Assembly (NCBI GenBank): GCA_963801355.1
Contig: CAWDEM010000004.1
Span: 1,504,001 to 1,568,000, forward strand
Direction of reading: 5' to 3'
Source: Ignavibacteriota bacterium
Lineage (GTDB): Bacteria; Bacteroidota; Ignavibacteria; UBA10030; UBA6906
Length of the DNA stretch: 64,000 nt
The position numbers were made by a program, and so were the translations under genes. This document shows, in pieces, positions 47,315-56,396 of this stretch (positions are counted from its first letter, which is position 1; the number at the start of each line of letters is the position of its first letter). Under the pieces are notes generated by a model. That model saw only the letters and a list, made by a program, of their open reading frames with translations. It was not told the DNA's origin and did no database searches.

Positions 47315-48418
47315 TCACGCGGATTGTTTTTCGAACGTGAGCAACTCGCGGCATTCCGAGATCGGAGATTTCGTTGTTTCAGGGGAGGCCGGTCGTCTGG
47401 CCACCTCGATGTGGCGCGGGAGGTACACTTTGCCATGGGAGACGAGTCCGAATCCGCGCGCGAGTGTGGTCACTTCAAAAGGGAAATCTACAACACCAAA
47501 TTGGCCGGCGGTCTGCTCGACGACGACTGACACGCGTCCCCCCTGCTTGAGTATCCGCGCGCTCTCTCGAAGAATCGTCTTGAGTTTCGTCAGAGTGTCC
47601 GTTTGTGCCGTTCCAGGAGAGAACTCCGGTTCTGTGCCGCGAGGGAAGTACTCGTGGGGGGGATCGAGGAACACGTAGTCGATTGAACCGGTTTGTTCCG
47701 GTATGCCGGTCTGAAGGATATTGGCGCGTCGAATTCTGCCGTCGCTCGGTTCTATGTCGTACATTCTGTATTTCCGGTCCTGGAAATACGGGAGTGCATC
47801 GATCACATCTCCGGTTGTACCGCTGCCAGCCATCGGATCCACGATTACCCAACCCGGTTCTGTATAATAGAAGAGGGCATTTGCGACAATTTGTCCGGGG
47901 AGGCGCCCTTTGGCGTTTGACTTTCCGAACCTGGGATCGGCGGAATCTACAGACCAGATGTTCCGCTCTTTGAGGTCGAATCCATAGCGTGTCTTCTCAT
48001 CTTCGCGGCGGGCGTGTTCGGTCTCGCGGATTTTCTTCTGCAGATCGGAAATGGTCCACTTGCTTGCGATGGCCATCTTCTCGTAGTGGTCCCTCTTCCG
48101 GCTGTCGTCCACTTTGGTGGCGAGCTCAAAATAGAAGACCTCTGGAAGGGGGCGCTTTTCCACATCAGGATAGTACGTGTAGTAGCGCTGGCATTGCTTC
48201 AGCATGGAAAAGGGGAATTTGAACCCCGGCATTTCAGCCATGCGCTTGAGTATTTGTTCTGCGAACACTCCTTCTTTGAGCGCGGCCGGGATTACGCGTT
48301 CAACGAGAAACTTGCCGAGGTCCCAATAGTTGTCTGCGGAAAAAGCATTGACGCGTTCAATCAGCGGATCGAGCAAAGAAGAACTACTGCCTGCAGTTCC
48401 ATGATGTCCTTTGGCCAT
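47315..48418 (-). CDS. YhcG/DUF1016 N-terminal-like domain fused to a SAM-dependent amino-methyltransferase domain
   Basis: YWDLGK...GF...YYTYYP...RDHYEK.A...WT..DL.KKI; then VDPMAGSGTT (motif I) and FLDPPH (motif IV-like); GGAGG RBS. Confidence 0.75.
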   Translation of the reverse strand: MAKGHHGTAGSSSSLLDPLIERVNAFSADNYWDLGKFLVERVIPAALKEGVFAEQILKRMAEMPGFKFPFSMLKQCQRYYTYYPDVEKRPLPEVFYFELATKVDDSRKRDHYEKMAIASKWTISDLQKKIRETEHARREDEKTRYGFDLKERNIWSVDSADPRFGKSNAKGRLPGQIVANALFYYTEPGWVIVDPMAGSGTTGDVIDALPYFQDRKYRMYDIEPSDGRIRRANILQTGIPEQTGSIDYVFLDPPHEYFPRGTEPEFSPGTAQTDTLTKLKTILRESARILKQGGRVSVVVEQTAGQFGVVDFPFEVTTLARGFGLVSHGKVYLPRHIEVARRPASPETTKSPISECRELLTFEKQSA

Positions 48419-48645
48419 GACGAGCCTCCCCTCAGGATTATAGACGGTCAGGATCTCGAATCGGTGGTAGCTGAGGGATACGACAGTTTTTCGACAAAGG
48501 CAACAATTATCTTCACCGGAACGGATATTCCGGCAGAACATTATCGATCCGCTTGTTGTTGTTCTCTATACGCCTGTTCAGCATCATAGAGTCGAAAGGG
48601 CAATAGTTGGGGGATTTGGTATCTTGTGATGGACGAGGAGGTGCA

Positions 48646-50940
48646 GTGAACGTGGCATACCGTGACTGGATTCTCATTGTTCCGCTCTCTCTTACACTGA
48701 TGGCCAACGTGCAAGAGGATCGGCTTGCGAAGGTGCGGCACACCCAGATTGCCCAATCGGTCAACTCGAGGCGGTACCCCTCTCATTCGGACCAGCAGGC
48801 AGGCGGTTTCATCATCACGGCGGACCCAACCGGGAAGGAAGCATTTGACCCGACCCTGGGGTATGCGCTTCAGCGTTCGCTGGACAGCATCCGCGCAGTG
48901 CAGGATATCGAGGGCGCTTCTGCAGCCGTCTTCATCCCCGGGCGGGGCACGTGGCAGGGCGTCTCCGGCATCTCGTCACGGGCCCCGTTTGTCGGAATCG
49001 ACCCCTCGATGCTCTTCGGTGTCGGGAGCAACACAAAAGCGTTTGTCAGCGCGACGCTCCTGAGACTCGCGGAAGAAGGAATGCTTTCACTCGACGATTC
49101 GCTGAGCCGGTGGCTTCCCGCTTACCCCAACATCACCGGGTCGGTGACGATCCGTCAATTGATGAACATGACCTCCGGATTGTTCGACTATTTGAATGAT
49201 TCCAATGCCCAGGGCGATTCGGTCGAGTCCAATCCCACCCGACTCTGGACTCCGGAGGAACTCATCAGGACTTTCGTTGGTCCCCCTCGCACGACTCCCG
49301 GAGGTGCCTACAGGTACTGCAACACAAATTATATCCTCCTGGGAATGGTCATCAAAAGCGTCACCGGCAAGTCGGTCTCATCGGAAATACGGGAGCGCAT
49401 CCTTACGCCGCTTGCACTGGACCATACATATCTGGAGGTTGAAGAGCTGCACCATGAGCCGGTGGCACATCCGTGGGACAGCGGAAATGACTTTGCGTCC
49501 GTACCTGTCGCCGCGCACTTCAGCACTCTCTGGACCGCCGGCGGGATGATCTCAACGGCGGAGAACATGGTACGGTGGATCCAGGCGCTTTTTGGAGGAA
49601 CCATGTTGTCGCAGGCATCACTTCATGAGATGTTGACCCTTGTCCCGATGTCGGCGAACGCCGCGACAGGCCTCGACTGGAATGGATATGGTCTGGGGGT
49701 GAGGCAGGGCTCTTATTATGGAAAGCGAGTCCTGGGTCACACGGGAATGGTGATGGGATATGTCTCGATCGTGGGATATCTTCCCCGGACGGGTGCCAGC
49801 TTTGCCGTGTTGTTCAACGCGTCAGAAGCCGGCGGAGGCAGGGCCCTGACAGCGTTGCTTGATGCGTATCTGAGGACCGTGAAGATCCGGCCTGCACAAC
49901 CGGGTGCGTGCTATGCGGTGTCCGGCAAGTCCGACGGCTCCGGCGTCTATCTCGCAAACAGCTCAACGGCTGCTCTTGTCCCGGTCGGTTCCTCGTGCTA
50001 CGGCGAGATGGTGGGGGCCCGGGTTGATCCCCGTACGGGCATGCTGTGGGGGCTTTCGAAAGCGGTTGGCTGGGAACTCGTGCAGATCGATGGAGAAACG
50101 GGAGAGGCGTATCCCCGTGTGCGGGTGACATTTCCTCCGGGGTCGCCTGCCGACCTCAGAGGGCTGGATTTCTCACCCGCAGGGACACTCCATGTCGGCT
50201 CGGTGGACGGACGCATCTATGCGATTGACACCGCGACCGGCATCGCCGTCCAGGCAGCAGCGAGCAAGATCTCAATTTCGGGACTTGCCTTCGATCCAAC
50301 AAACGGCGAACTCTGGGCTTCCATACGGTCGAATCCAACACTCAGGGATCGCATCTACAAGATCGTGCTCCCGGCCGGAGACACAGTCGGAGTCGGCAAC
50401 ACAGGGTTCAATCAACCACTCGTTGATCTTGCCTTTGATCCATCGGGGAATCTGTTCGGGCTCGTCGGGAATCCGGCAAGCCCGCTCAAGAACCGGCTGG
50501 CCCGGATCGATAGGATGACAGGGGTGGGGACGGAGATCGATACTCTGGGACTGACGGGGATGGTGTCGATTGCATTTTCGCCGGCCCCCACCGGGACAGG
50601 GGCGGAGACTCGCACGTTGGCAGGAGTCCCCGCAAACTTCGGGTTGGAGCAAAACTATCCGAATCCGTTTAACCCGAGTACGAGAATAGAATTCTCAATT
50701 GTGAGCACACAATTCACCATCCTTCGAGTGTACGACATTCTCGGCCGGGAGGTGGCGACGCTGGTGAATGAATCCCTGCGACCGGGGCACTACACAAGAA
50801 CATTTGACGGGATGGGGCTCGCCTCAGGAATCTACGTCTACCGGCTGCAGGTCCGCCCTCTGGACTCCGCCATCGGGCGTGACTCCAAGAGCGGAGCAGG
50901 GGGCTTTGTGGAAACCCGGAAGGCGATACTCCTCCGGTAA
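48646..50940 (+). CDS. Serine hydrolase (beta-lactamase/PBP fold) plus beta-propeller plus T9SS CTD
   Basis: SNTK (SxxK), YCN (YxN), GHTG; repeats GLDFSPAG / GLAFDPTNG / DLAFDPSG; QNYPNPFNPST; start uncertain. Confidence 0.88.
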   Translation: MNVAYRDWILIVPLSLTLMANVQEDRLAKVRHTQIAQSVNSRRYPSHSDQQAGGFIITADPTGKEAFDPTLGYALQRSLDSIRAVQDIEGASAAVFIPGRGTWQGVSGISSRAPFVGIDPSMLFGVGSNTKAFVSATLLRLAEEGMLSLDDSLSRWLPAYPNITGSVTIRQLMNMTSGLFDYLNDSNAQGDSVESNPTRLWTPEELIRTFVGPPRTTPGGAYRYCNTNYILLGMVIKSVTGKSVSSEIRERILTPLALDHTYLEVEELHHEPVAHPWDSGNDFASVPVAAHFSTLWTAGGMISTAENMVRWIQALFGGTMLSQASLHEMLTLVPMSANAATGLDWNGYGLGVRQGSYYGKRVLGHTGMVMGYVSIVGYLPRTGASFAVLFNASEAGGGRALTALLDAYLRTVKIRPAQPGACYAVSGKSDGSGVYLANSSTAALVPVGSSCYGEMVGARVDPRTGMLWGLSKAVGWELVQIDGETGEAYPRVRVTFPPGSPADLRGLDFSPAGTLHVGSVDGRIYAIDTATGIAVQAAASKISISGLAFDPTNGELWASIRSNPTLRDRIYKIVLPAGDTVGVGNTGFNQPLVDLAFDPSGNLFGLVGNPASPLKNRLARIDRMTGVGTEIDTLGLTGMVSIAFSPAPTGTGAETRTLAGVPANFGLEQNYPNPFNPSTRIEFSIVSTQFTILRVYDILGREVATLVNESLRPGHYTRTFDGMGLASGIYVYRLQVRPLDSAIGRDSKSGAGGFVETRKAILLR

Positions 50941-50992
50941 CACAACTGTCCGGATTCCCCCGGTCGCTGCCCACAAACACGCGAGGACTTCT

Positions 50993-51943
50993 ATGCCTAC
51001 AGGATCCTTCCTTCTCATGAATATGGTGATGGTGCTTTGCCTTCTGTTGTCCGGCAGCGGAAATGCGACGGGGAGACAGGGGAGAAACAGTCAGGCGCTG
51101 AATCCCGCAGCCCGCGATTCGTTGACCCGCTTGATCGAACAGGAGCGGAAACAAACCCTGGAATGGCTCAGAACCGGTGCGTCGTCGTACCTTGCCACGA
51201 TCCGCCGGGTGGACTTTGGCGACCGGTCCAGCCTCACGGTCGGTCGTGAAGAGGGAAATGACGTGTGCATCGATGATCCGGACATCTCCGCCCGCCATCT
51301 CCGGGTCACCGTGCGTGGTGATTCCTTCCTCGTGGAGACGATGGATGCCGGGGCGGCGTTTTCCGTAAAAGGCACTCGTATGTCAACAGCGCTCCTGCCG
51401 CCGTCGGCCATCGGCATCGGGCGGTTCACGATCCGACTTTCACATCAGTCCTTCCCCGCGCTCATTGTGTTCGACCCTTCCAGTCCGAGATTCAAGGAGT
51501 TCAAGGGGCTCAAGTACTTCCCGGTGGACCTCAAGTATCGTTACATTCTGCCGCTGAACCTGAATCCCACGAAGGACACGGTCGTCATTCTCTCGACGCG
51601 GGGGAATCGTCGGAAGGCGCTCCGGGTCGGGTGGTTCGAGTTTCGTGTGAAGGGAGTCTCGTGCCGGCTTGAAGTGACCAGGTTGCTTGAGCCGGGTGTC
51701 GGCGAGAGAAGTCTCAGCATCTTTTTCCGTGATCAGACCTGTGGAAAAGAGAGCTATCCCATGGGTCGCTACGTGGAGGCAGAGGAAAGGGATGACGGGA
51801 TGTATGTGCTGGATTTCAACAACACCTACAATCCGGCCTGTGCCTTTTCGCTGCACTACAACTGCCCATTGCCACCGAAAGAGAATTATCTTCAGGTCCG
51901 TATTCCGGCGGGAGAAATGGACGCCCACTATATGACGCACTGA
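50993..51943 (+). CDS. DUF1684 family protein with an FHA-like segment
   Basis: LKYFPVD..YR, FRDQTCGKESYPMGRY, LDFNNTYNPACAFS...CPLPP.EN.L...I.AGE. Confidence 0.88.
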   Translation: MPTGSFLLMNMVMVLCLLLSGSGNATGRQGRNSQALNPAARDSLTRLIEQERKQTLEWLRTGASSYLATIRRVDFGDRSSLTVGREEGNDVCIDDPDISARHLRVTVRGDSFLVETMDAGAAFSVKGTRMSTALLPPSAIGIGRFTIRLSHQSFPALIVFDPSSPRFKEFKGLKYFPVDLKYRYILPLNLNPTKDTVVILSTRGNRRKALRVGWFEFRVKGVSCRLEVTRLLEPGVGERSLSIFFRDQTCGKESYPMGRYVEAEERDDGMYVLDFNNTYNPACAFSLHYNCPLPPKENYLQVRIPAGEMDAHYMTH

Positions 51944-52047
51944 GCCGATCTTTTTTTTTGAGGTGACTCTCAGTAAAGAAATTCGGGTAATTCTGCGCCG
52001 ATTTACGTACATTAGAGGATAAAGAACAACCCCCTAGGAGTGGCATT

Positions 52048-52242
52048 ATGATCGAAGTGACAAAAACAAAGGCGACGCATCGGGGGATCCGAATCACAGT
52101 TCTGTCCAATAGGACCGAGGGTGGGCTGATGTATTGCTGTACCAACGAAGCCAGCAAACCGAAGGCTACCTCGAAGTGGTTTTCGAAACAGGGCGAGGCA
52201 ATAGCCAACGAACGCTACGAAATTGACGCGGTGTTGCGGTAG
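52048..52242 (+). CDS. Small hypothetical protein (64 aa)
   Basis: AGGAG RBS, otherwise intergenic position, followed by a terminator-like hairpin. Confidence 0.55.
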   Translation: MIEVTKTKATHRGIRITVLSNRTEGGLMYCCTNEASKPKATSKWFSKQGEAIANERYEIDAVLR

Positions 52243-52268
52243 GGGATAGGGACGTGCGAAGCATGCCT

Positions 52269-52310
52269 CACAAGCCCTGACCATGGTGCTGGTCGGGGCT
52301 TTGTGTTTCT
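52269..52310 (+). terminator. Terminator-like hairpin
   Basis: CACAAGCCCTGACCA...TGGTCGGGGCTTTGTG followed by TTTCT. Confidence 0.55.
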
Positions 52311-52390
52311 CTCCTCCCCGTATCTGGCTGACTGCCGTTCTGCTTGGATGGTGCTGCAGAGAAATGATGAAGGTGGCAAAAGGGGCAAAG

Positions 52391-53263
52391 ATGAAGAACA
52401 TTGTGTACGCCATGTTCAGTCCAGGCCTGTTCAGCCAGGAGATCACCTACTCACTCCATAGTGTCTACCGGTATCTTCCGCCGGAACGCTCCGACTATCG
52501 CTTCATCATCTTCTGCCCCGCACCTCACGAGTTCGATGGCCTCCGGGCAGACGTTCAACAATACGATCCGCGTCAACTTCGGGAATGGGCGGGTTCGCAC
52601 AATTTCCGCTGGCGAATCAAGCTGAAGACTCTCGAACACATCTTGCAGAAATACGGAGAGCCTGTGGTCTTGCTGGACGGTGACACATACTTCCGTAAGT
52701 CGCCTGACCGGCTCTTCGAGCGCATTCGCCCCGGTGAGGCAGTCCTTCACATGCGCGAAGGAAGAGTCTGTGACCTTGAGGACCAGATCCACCACGAGCT
52801 GACACGGCTGCTGTCGAGTGGGAACATCTGCGATCCACTCACGAAGAGTCGTGTTCTCCCGACGAACGCGATGTGGAACGCCGGCGTTGTCGGCTTGCAC
52901 CCCGCCGATCTGCCTGTGTTGAAAAACGTTATCGCACTGACCGACCGGATCGTTGCAGAGGAGCCGGTAATTACCGCCGAACAATTTGCGCTGTCTTACT
53001 GCCTGGCCAGGCAGACGAAGCTCCGGGCGAGCGACGATCTGGTGTTCCACTACTGGGCCATGCAATACCGCCGGCCATTCCGCGCTGTGATGGCTGAACT
53101 CCTCCCGGGTACTGCCGGTTTGCCGGAAGCAGAACGTGTAGAGCGGCTCTATGCTGTGCGGCCGCGGGCCAGCATTGCCAAAAGGGGGTTGAACAAGGTC
53201 TTGCACCTATTGGATAGCATTGGGATCAGAATCAAATCCGAAAGTACGAGGCAGAGTGGTTGA
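52391..53263 (+). CDS. GT-A fold nucleotide-diphospho-sugar transferase-like protein
   Basis: LLDGDTYF (DxD), MWNAGVVG, EQFALS, VFHYW. Confidence 0.7.
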   Translation: MKNIVYAMFSPGLFSQEITYSLHSVYRYLPPERSDYRFIIFCPAPHEFDGLRADVQQYDPRQLREWAGSHNFRWRIKLKTLEHILQKYGEPVVLLDGDTYFRKSPDRLFERIRPGEAVLHMREGRVCDLEDQIHHELTRLLSSGNICDPLTKSRVLPTNAMWNAGVVGLHPADLPVLKNVIALTDRIVAEEPVITAEQFALSYCLARQTKLRASDDLVFHYWAMQYRRPFRAVMAELLPGTAGLPEAERVERLYAVRPRASIAKRGLNKVLHLLDSIGIRIKSESTRQSG

Positions 53264-53375
53264 TTGTTCCTGTGTGCTGCCCTGCGAAGAGGGCTCACTT
53301 CACGCCTTCGCCCATGCACAGGAACCTGTATTTGCCCCCCTCAGCACTACACTTGTTTCCCGGTATTTCGTTTCG

Positions 53376-53404
53376 TTGACAAGTCTTCTCGATTTGCGTA
53401 CCAT
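53376..53404 (+). promoter_or_regulatory. Sigma70-type promoter
   Basis: TTGACA-N17-TACCAT. Confidence 0.6.
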
Positions 53405-53455
53405 GGATTGCGTTACGCGTCTGGCGGCATCCACACTTCTCGGGGAAGCACACCC

Positions 53456-55333
53456 ATGCACCTCCTTTGTTTCATCGCCGGCTTTGAGCGACTCTCCGCC
53501 GAAACAACACTCAATCGTATTCGTCGTGTTCTGTCGGGAATCGTTCCGCAGTTTCCACTTCCCCTCGGGATCACCACTGGCATCCTCCCTGAAATCCAGG
53601 GTGGGTGGCTCTTCCAGGCGCCATCGACACCAGACCTGCGCCAGCGTTTAGGAACCGACATCACAGACGATCTGGCCGTTCTTTTCTACGGCGAGCTGTT
53701 CGGAGGAGATGATCATCGCGCTGCGCGCACTGTCGCGGAAGCTTGGGCTGCGGGCGGCCCCAACGCAGTTCGCGACCTTGACGGGTGTTTCTCGGCAATT
53801 GTGGTTGAGCGGGCCGCGCGGCGGTGTACTATCGTGTCGGATCTCCTGGGAAGACGAACACTCCGCTACGTGGAAATCGACGGGTCTCTCGTGGTGTCCA
53901 CACACGATGTGGCCATCGTGGGCACGGGCCTCATTCACCCCTCGGTGAACATTCGTGCCGTAAAATCCGCAGCTGCCATGGGATGGGCCCTGGGAGGCAC
54001 GCCATTGTTGGATGCGGCCAGAATATGCGAACCTGAATGTATTCTCCAATACCAAGACCGGGTCGTTTCAGCCCACCGGGAGCCGCGGCTGACCACTCTG
54101 CGACCATCAGCTAAGGAAACGAAGAAGTCCGATCAGGCGGTGATGACCGCTATGATGGACCATTTCAAGAAACTTATCTCTGCGGTCGCCGGCACCACCG
54201 GCGATGTGAAGTGTGATCTGACCGCAGGAATGGATACACGGTTTGTGCTGGCTCTCGTCCTGTCAGCGGTGAAGAAAGAGAGGATTGTCGCTGGCACTGA
54301 GGGACAACGCGGTGACCTCGATGTCGTCGTGGCCCAACGGATTGCCAGATCTGCCGGAATCCGCCACGTGCTTGACGTCCATGCAGTGCCGGAGCCCTCG
54401 AAGTTCTTGAGAAGCCTGGACATCCTGGCCTTCACGATGAACGGTGACACAGACGGGAAGCGCGCGATGACAAATCTCTTTGAGCGGGCTGAGTTTGTGG
54501 ATCCTGCTCCGAGGTTCTATGGGGTGGCGTCGGAGTTTTTCAGGGGCGGATGCTATCCCATGGGAAAGAACAAGAAAACGCTTCTGGCGATGACGTATGA
54601 CGATGTCACCAAGTTGAACATCAAAACCTGGACGAGAATCGACAGCCTTCCCTGGAAGGACAAAGAGAGCCGAATTGAAGTTCTTTCCTTCCTTAAGGAG
54701 CGGGAGGATTACTGCAAGGAATTCTGTCGAAAACCGGTGGATCTTGTTGACATCTTCTATCTCTTTGAGCGTGTTGGGCGGTGGGGCTCGTTCTCAGCGA
54801 GGGCAACATGGTGGGCTCAGTACTTCACACCTTTTTGCAGTCCGACCCTGATCAAGCTGGCAGTGCAGCTTGCGCCGCCATTGGGATACGCCGCCAGGTT
54901 CCACCGCAGAGTGATTCGCCAATACCTGCCGGGCGGTTACTACAACTCGTTGGTGAACGGATCGTGGTTTCTGCCTCTCTTCGGATACCCACGGGTGGCG
55001 AGCAAGATCGGTGAAACCGCAGTGGCTCTTCGCTCCATGAAGAGTGCTGCAACACGAGCACTCGGGATCTCGCGAAAGCGAGAGCTGGGAGAACAGGATC
55101 TCTGGTCGGCACAACAGATGGGGTCTACAATCCGGTCCACGGCTCGGACATTACTCTTGTCCTCGGAGAGTATTTCCTCACGCTTGTTCAAGGCCGAAGA
55201 TATCGAAATGATGCTCTCGACTCTGGAGAGCAGCGACAAATTCCTTGCGCAGGTTGGGACATTGCTTACCATCGAACGATGGCGGGACCAGATGGAGCGG
55301 GCCTGGCGGCTTGCACAGGGTGAGCGTACGTAG
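53456..55333 (+). CDS. Asparagine-synthetase-like protein (degenerate Ntn domain plus PP-loop domain)
   Basis: FYGELF, LDGCFS, SDLLGRRTLRY, DLTAGMDTR (PP-loop variant), DVVVAQRIA, TPF. Confidence 0.75.
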   Translation: MHLLCFIAGFERLSAETTLNRIRRVLSGIVPQFPLPLGITTGILPEIQGGWLFQAPSTPDLRQRLGTDITDDLAVLFYGELFGGDDHRAARTVAEAWAAGGPNAVRDLDGCFSAIVVERAARRCTIVSDLLGRRTLRYVEIDGSLVVSTHDVAIVGTGLIHPSVNIRAVKSAAAMGWALGGTPLLDAARICEPECILQYQDRVVSAHREPRLTTLRPSAKETKKSDQAVMTAMMDHFKKLISAVAGTTGDVKCDLTAGMDTRFVLALVLSAVKKERIVAGTEGQRGDLDVVVAQRIARSAGIRHVLDVHAVPEPSKFLRSLDILAFTMNGDTDGKRAMTNLFERAEFVDPAPRFYGVASEFFRGGCYPMGKNKKTLLAMTYDDVTKLNIKTWTRIDSLPWKDKESRIEVLSFLKEREDYCKEFCRKPVDLVDIFYLFERVGRWGSFSARATWWAQYFTPFCSPTLIKLAVQLAPPLGYAARFHRRVIRQYLPGGYYNSLVNGSWFLPLFGYPRVASKIGETAVALRSMKSAATRALGISRKRELGEQDLWSAQQMGSTIRSTARTLLLSSESISSRLFKAEDIEMMLSTLESSDKFLAQVGTLLTIERWRDQMERAWRLAQGERT

Positions 55334-55346
55334 CGTAAAGCGAGGA

Positions 55347-56396
55347 CTAACTCCCGTTGTAGATGGCAGCTGTTTTCACTCCAATGCTGTCCCAATCAAG
55401 CAGTTTGGCTCTTTCGAAATTGGCGCGGCCCATCGACGGTAGCTCATCAAACCGTTCCATCGCTGCCCGCATCGCATTCGGCAATCCATCTGAGGCCTCC
55501 GGATCATACAAAATTGCACCCGAGGCATCTACATAATCAGGGATGGCGCCCGTCTTCGGGGCAACAATTGCCCTGGAAAAAGACATCGCCAGGATGAGGC
55601 TTGCTGACGTAAAAATCCTCTGAAACGGCAGAATCATCACATCGGCCGCATTCAAATACAGCTGAAGGTCGTTATCGGGCACAAACGTCAGCACGCATCG
55701 TATCCTCGGGTCAGGCGCACAATCGCGCTGGAGTTCCTGAGCAAAAGCATCGGTGATAGGCTTCCCTACGATCAGCAGTCGTGCAGACGGATCCTCCATG
55801 ATCTTGAATAGAGCTACGCACTCCTGAAGTCCTTTGTAGGGTCTCACATGCCCGAGCGAAAGGAAAATCCTGTCTCCGGAGTTGAAACCAAGTCGCATGC
55901 GCGCTTCGTCTCGGGACACGCTATTGTCATAGATCCCGATCAGATGTCCAATGGGGATTACCGTGACTTTCCTTCGCCCGATACCATGATACGCACGAAG
56001 GAATTGCTCTTTGCATGAGTCGGAATGAACGATGACCCCTTTGGCGAGGGTGATCAGGAATACACCAAACAACAGTTCGCTCTTGCGGTAGCGGCTGTCA
56101 TGACTGACCAGGTTGTGTACTGTCCAGACGATAGAAATGCCACGCATGCGTACCAAGAAGAGACGGCCCAGCGATTTGAAGAAGCTCAAGTAGAAACGAA
56201 CGTTGCCAGAGGTGTCAAAGAATTGCTTTGTCCAGTGAACATGCAGGACATCCAATTCTCTGTGTCTCGAAAGGATGTCCTTCAGGAGGAAATTGTAGGC
56301 AAGCGTGACATGAGCGCCGGTTTTCTCCAGGGCATTCTTCAGCAGAGGTTGATACGGAATAGCCACGGAATAGTTCGGAATGAAGAGGACCTTCAT
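55347..56396 (-). CDS. GT4 glycosyltransferase
   Basis: LHVHW, VWTVHN, GHVRPYKG, NAADVMILPF, TSASLILAMSF. Confidence 0.92.
   Translation of the reverse strand: MKVLFIPNYSVAIPYQPLLKNALEKTGAHVTLAYNFLLKDILSRHRELDVLHVHWTKQFFDTSGNVRFYLSFFKSLGRLFLVRMRGISIVWTVHNLVSHDSRYRKSELLFGVFLITLAKGVIVHSDSCKEQFLRAYHGIGRRKVTVIPIGHLIGIYDNSVSRDEARMRLGFNSGDRIFLSLGHVRPYKGLQECVALFKIMEDPSARLLIVGKPITDAFAQELQRDCAPDPRIRCVLTFVPDNDLQLYLNAADVMILPFQRIFTSASLILAMSFSRAIVAPKTGAIPDYVDASGAILYDPEASDGLPNAMRAAMERFDELPSMGRANFERAKLLDWDSIGVKTAAIYNGS

Noticed and set aside
47315-48418. Restriction-modification system or mobile element
   Set aside because: No nuclease, integrase, transposase or flanking repeats nearby; kept only as an orphan fusion.
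51950-51959. Poly-T tract as a phase-variation site or terminator
   Set aside because: Intergenic, no preceding stem, and no evidence of length variation from a single sequence.
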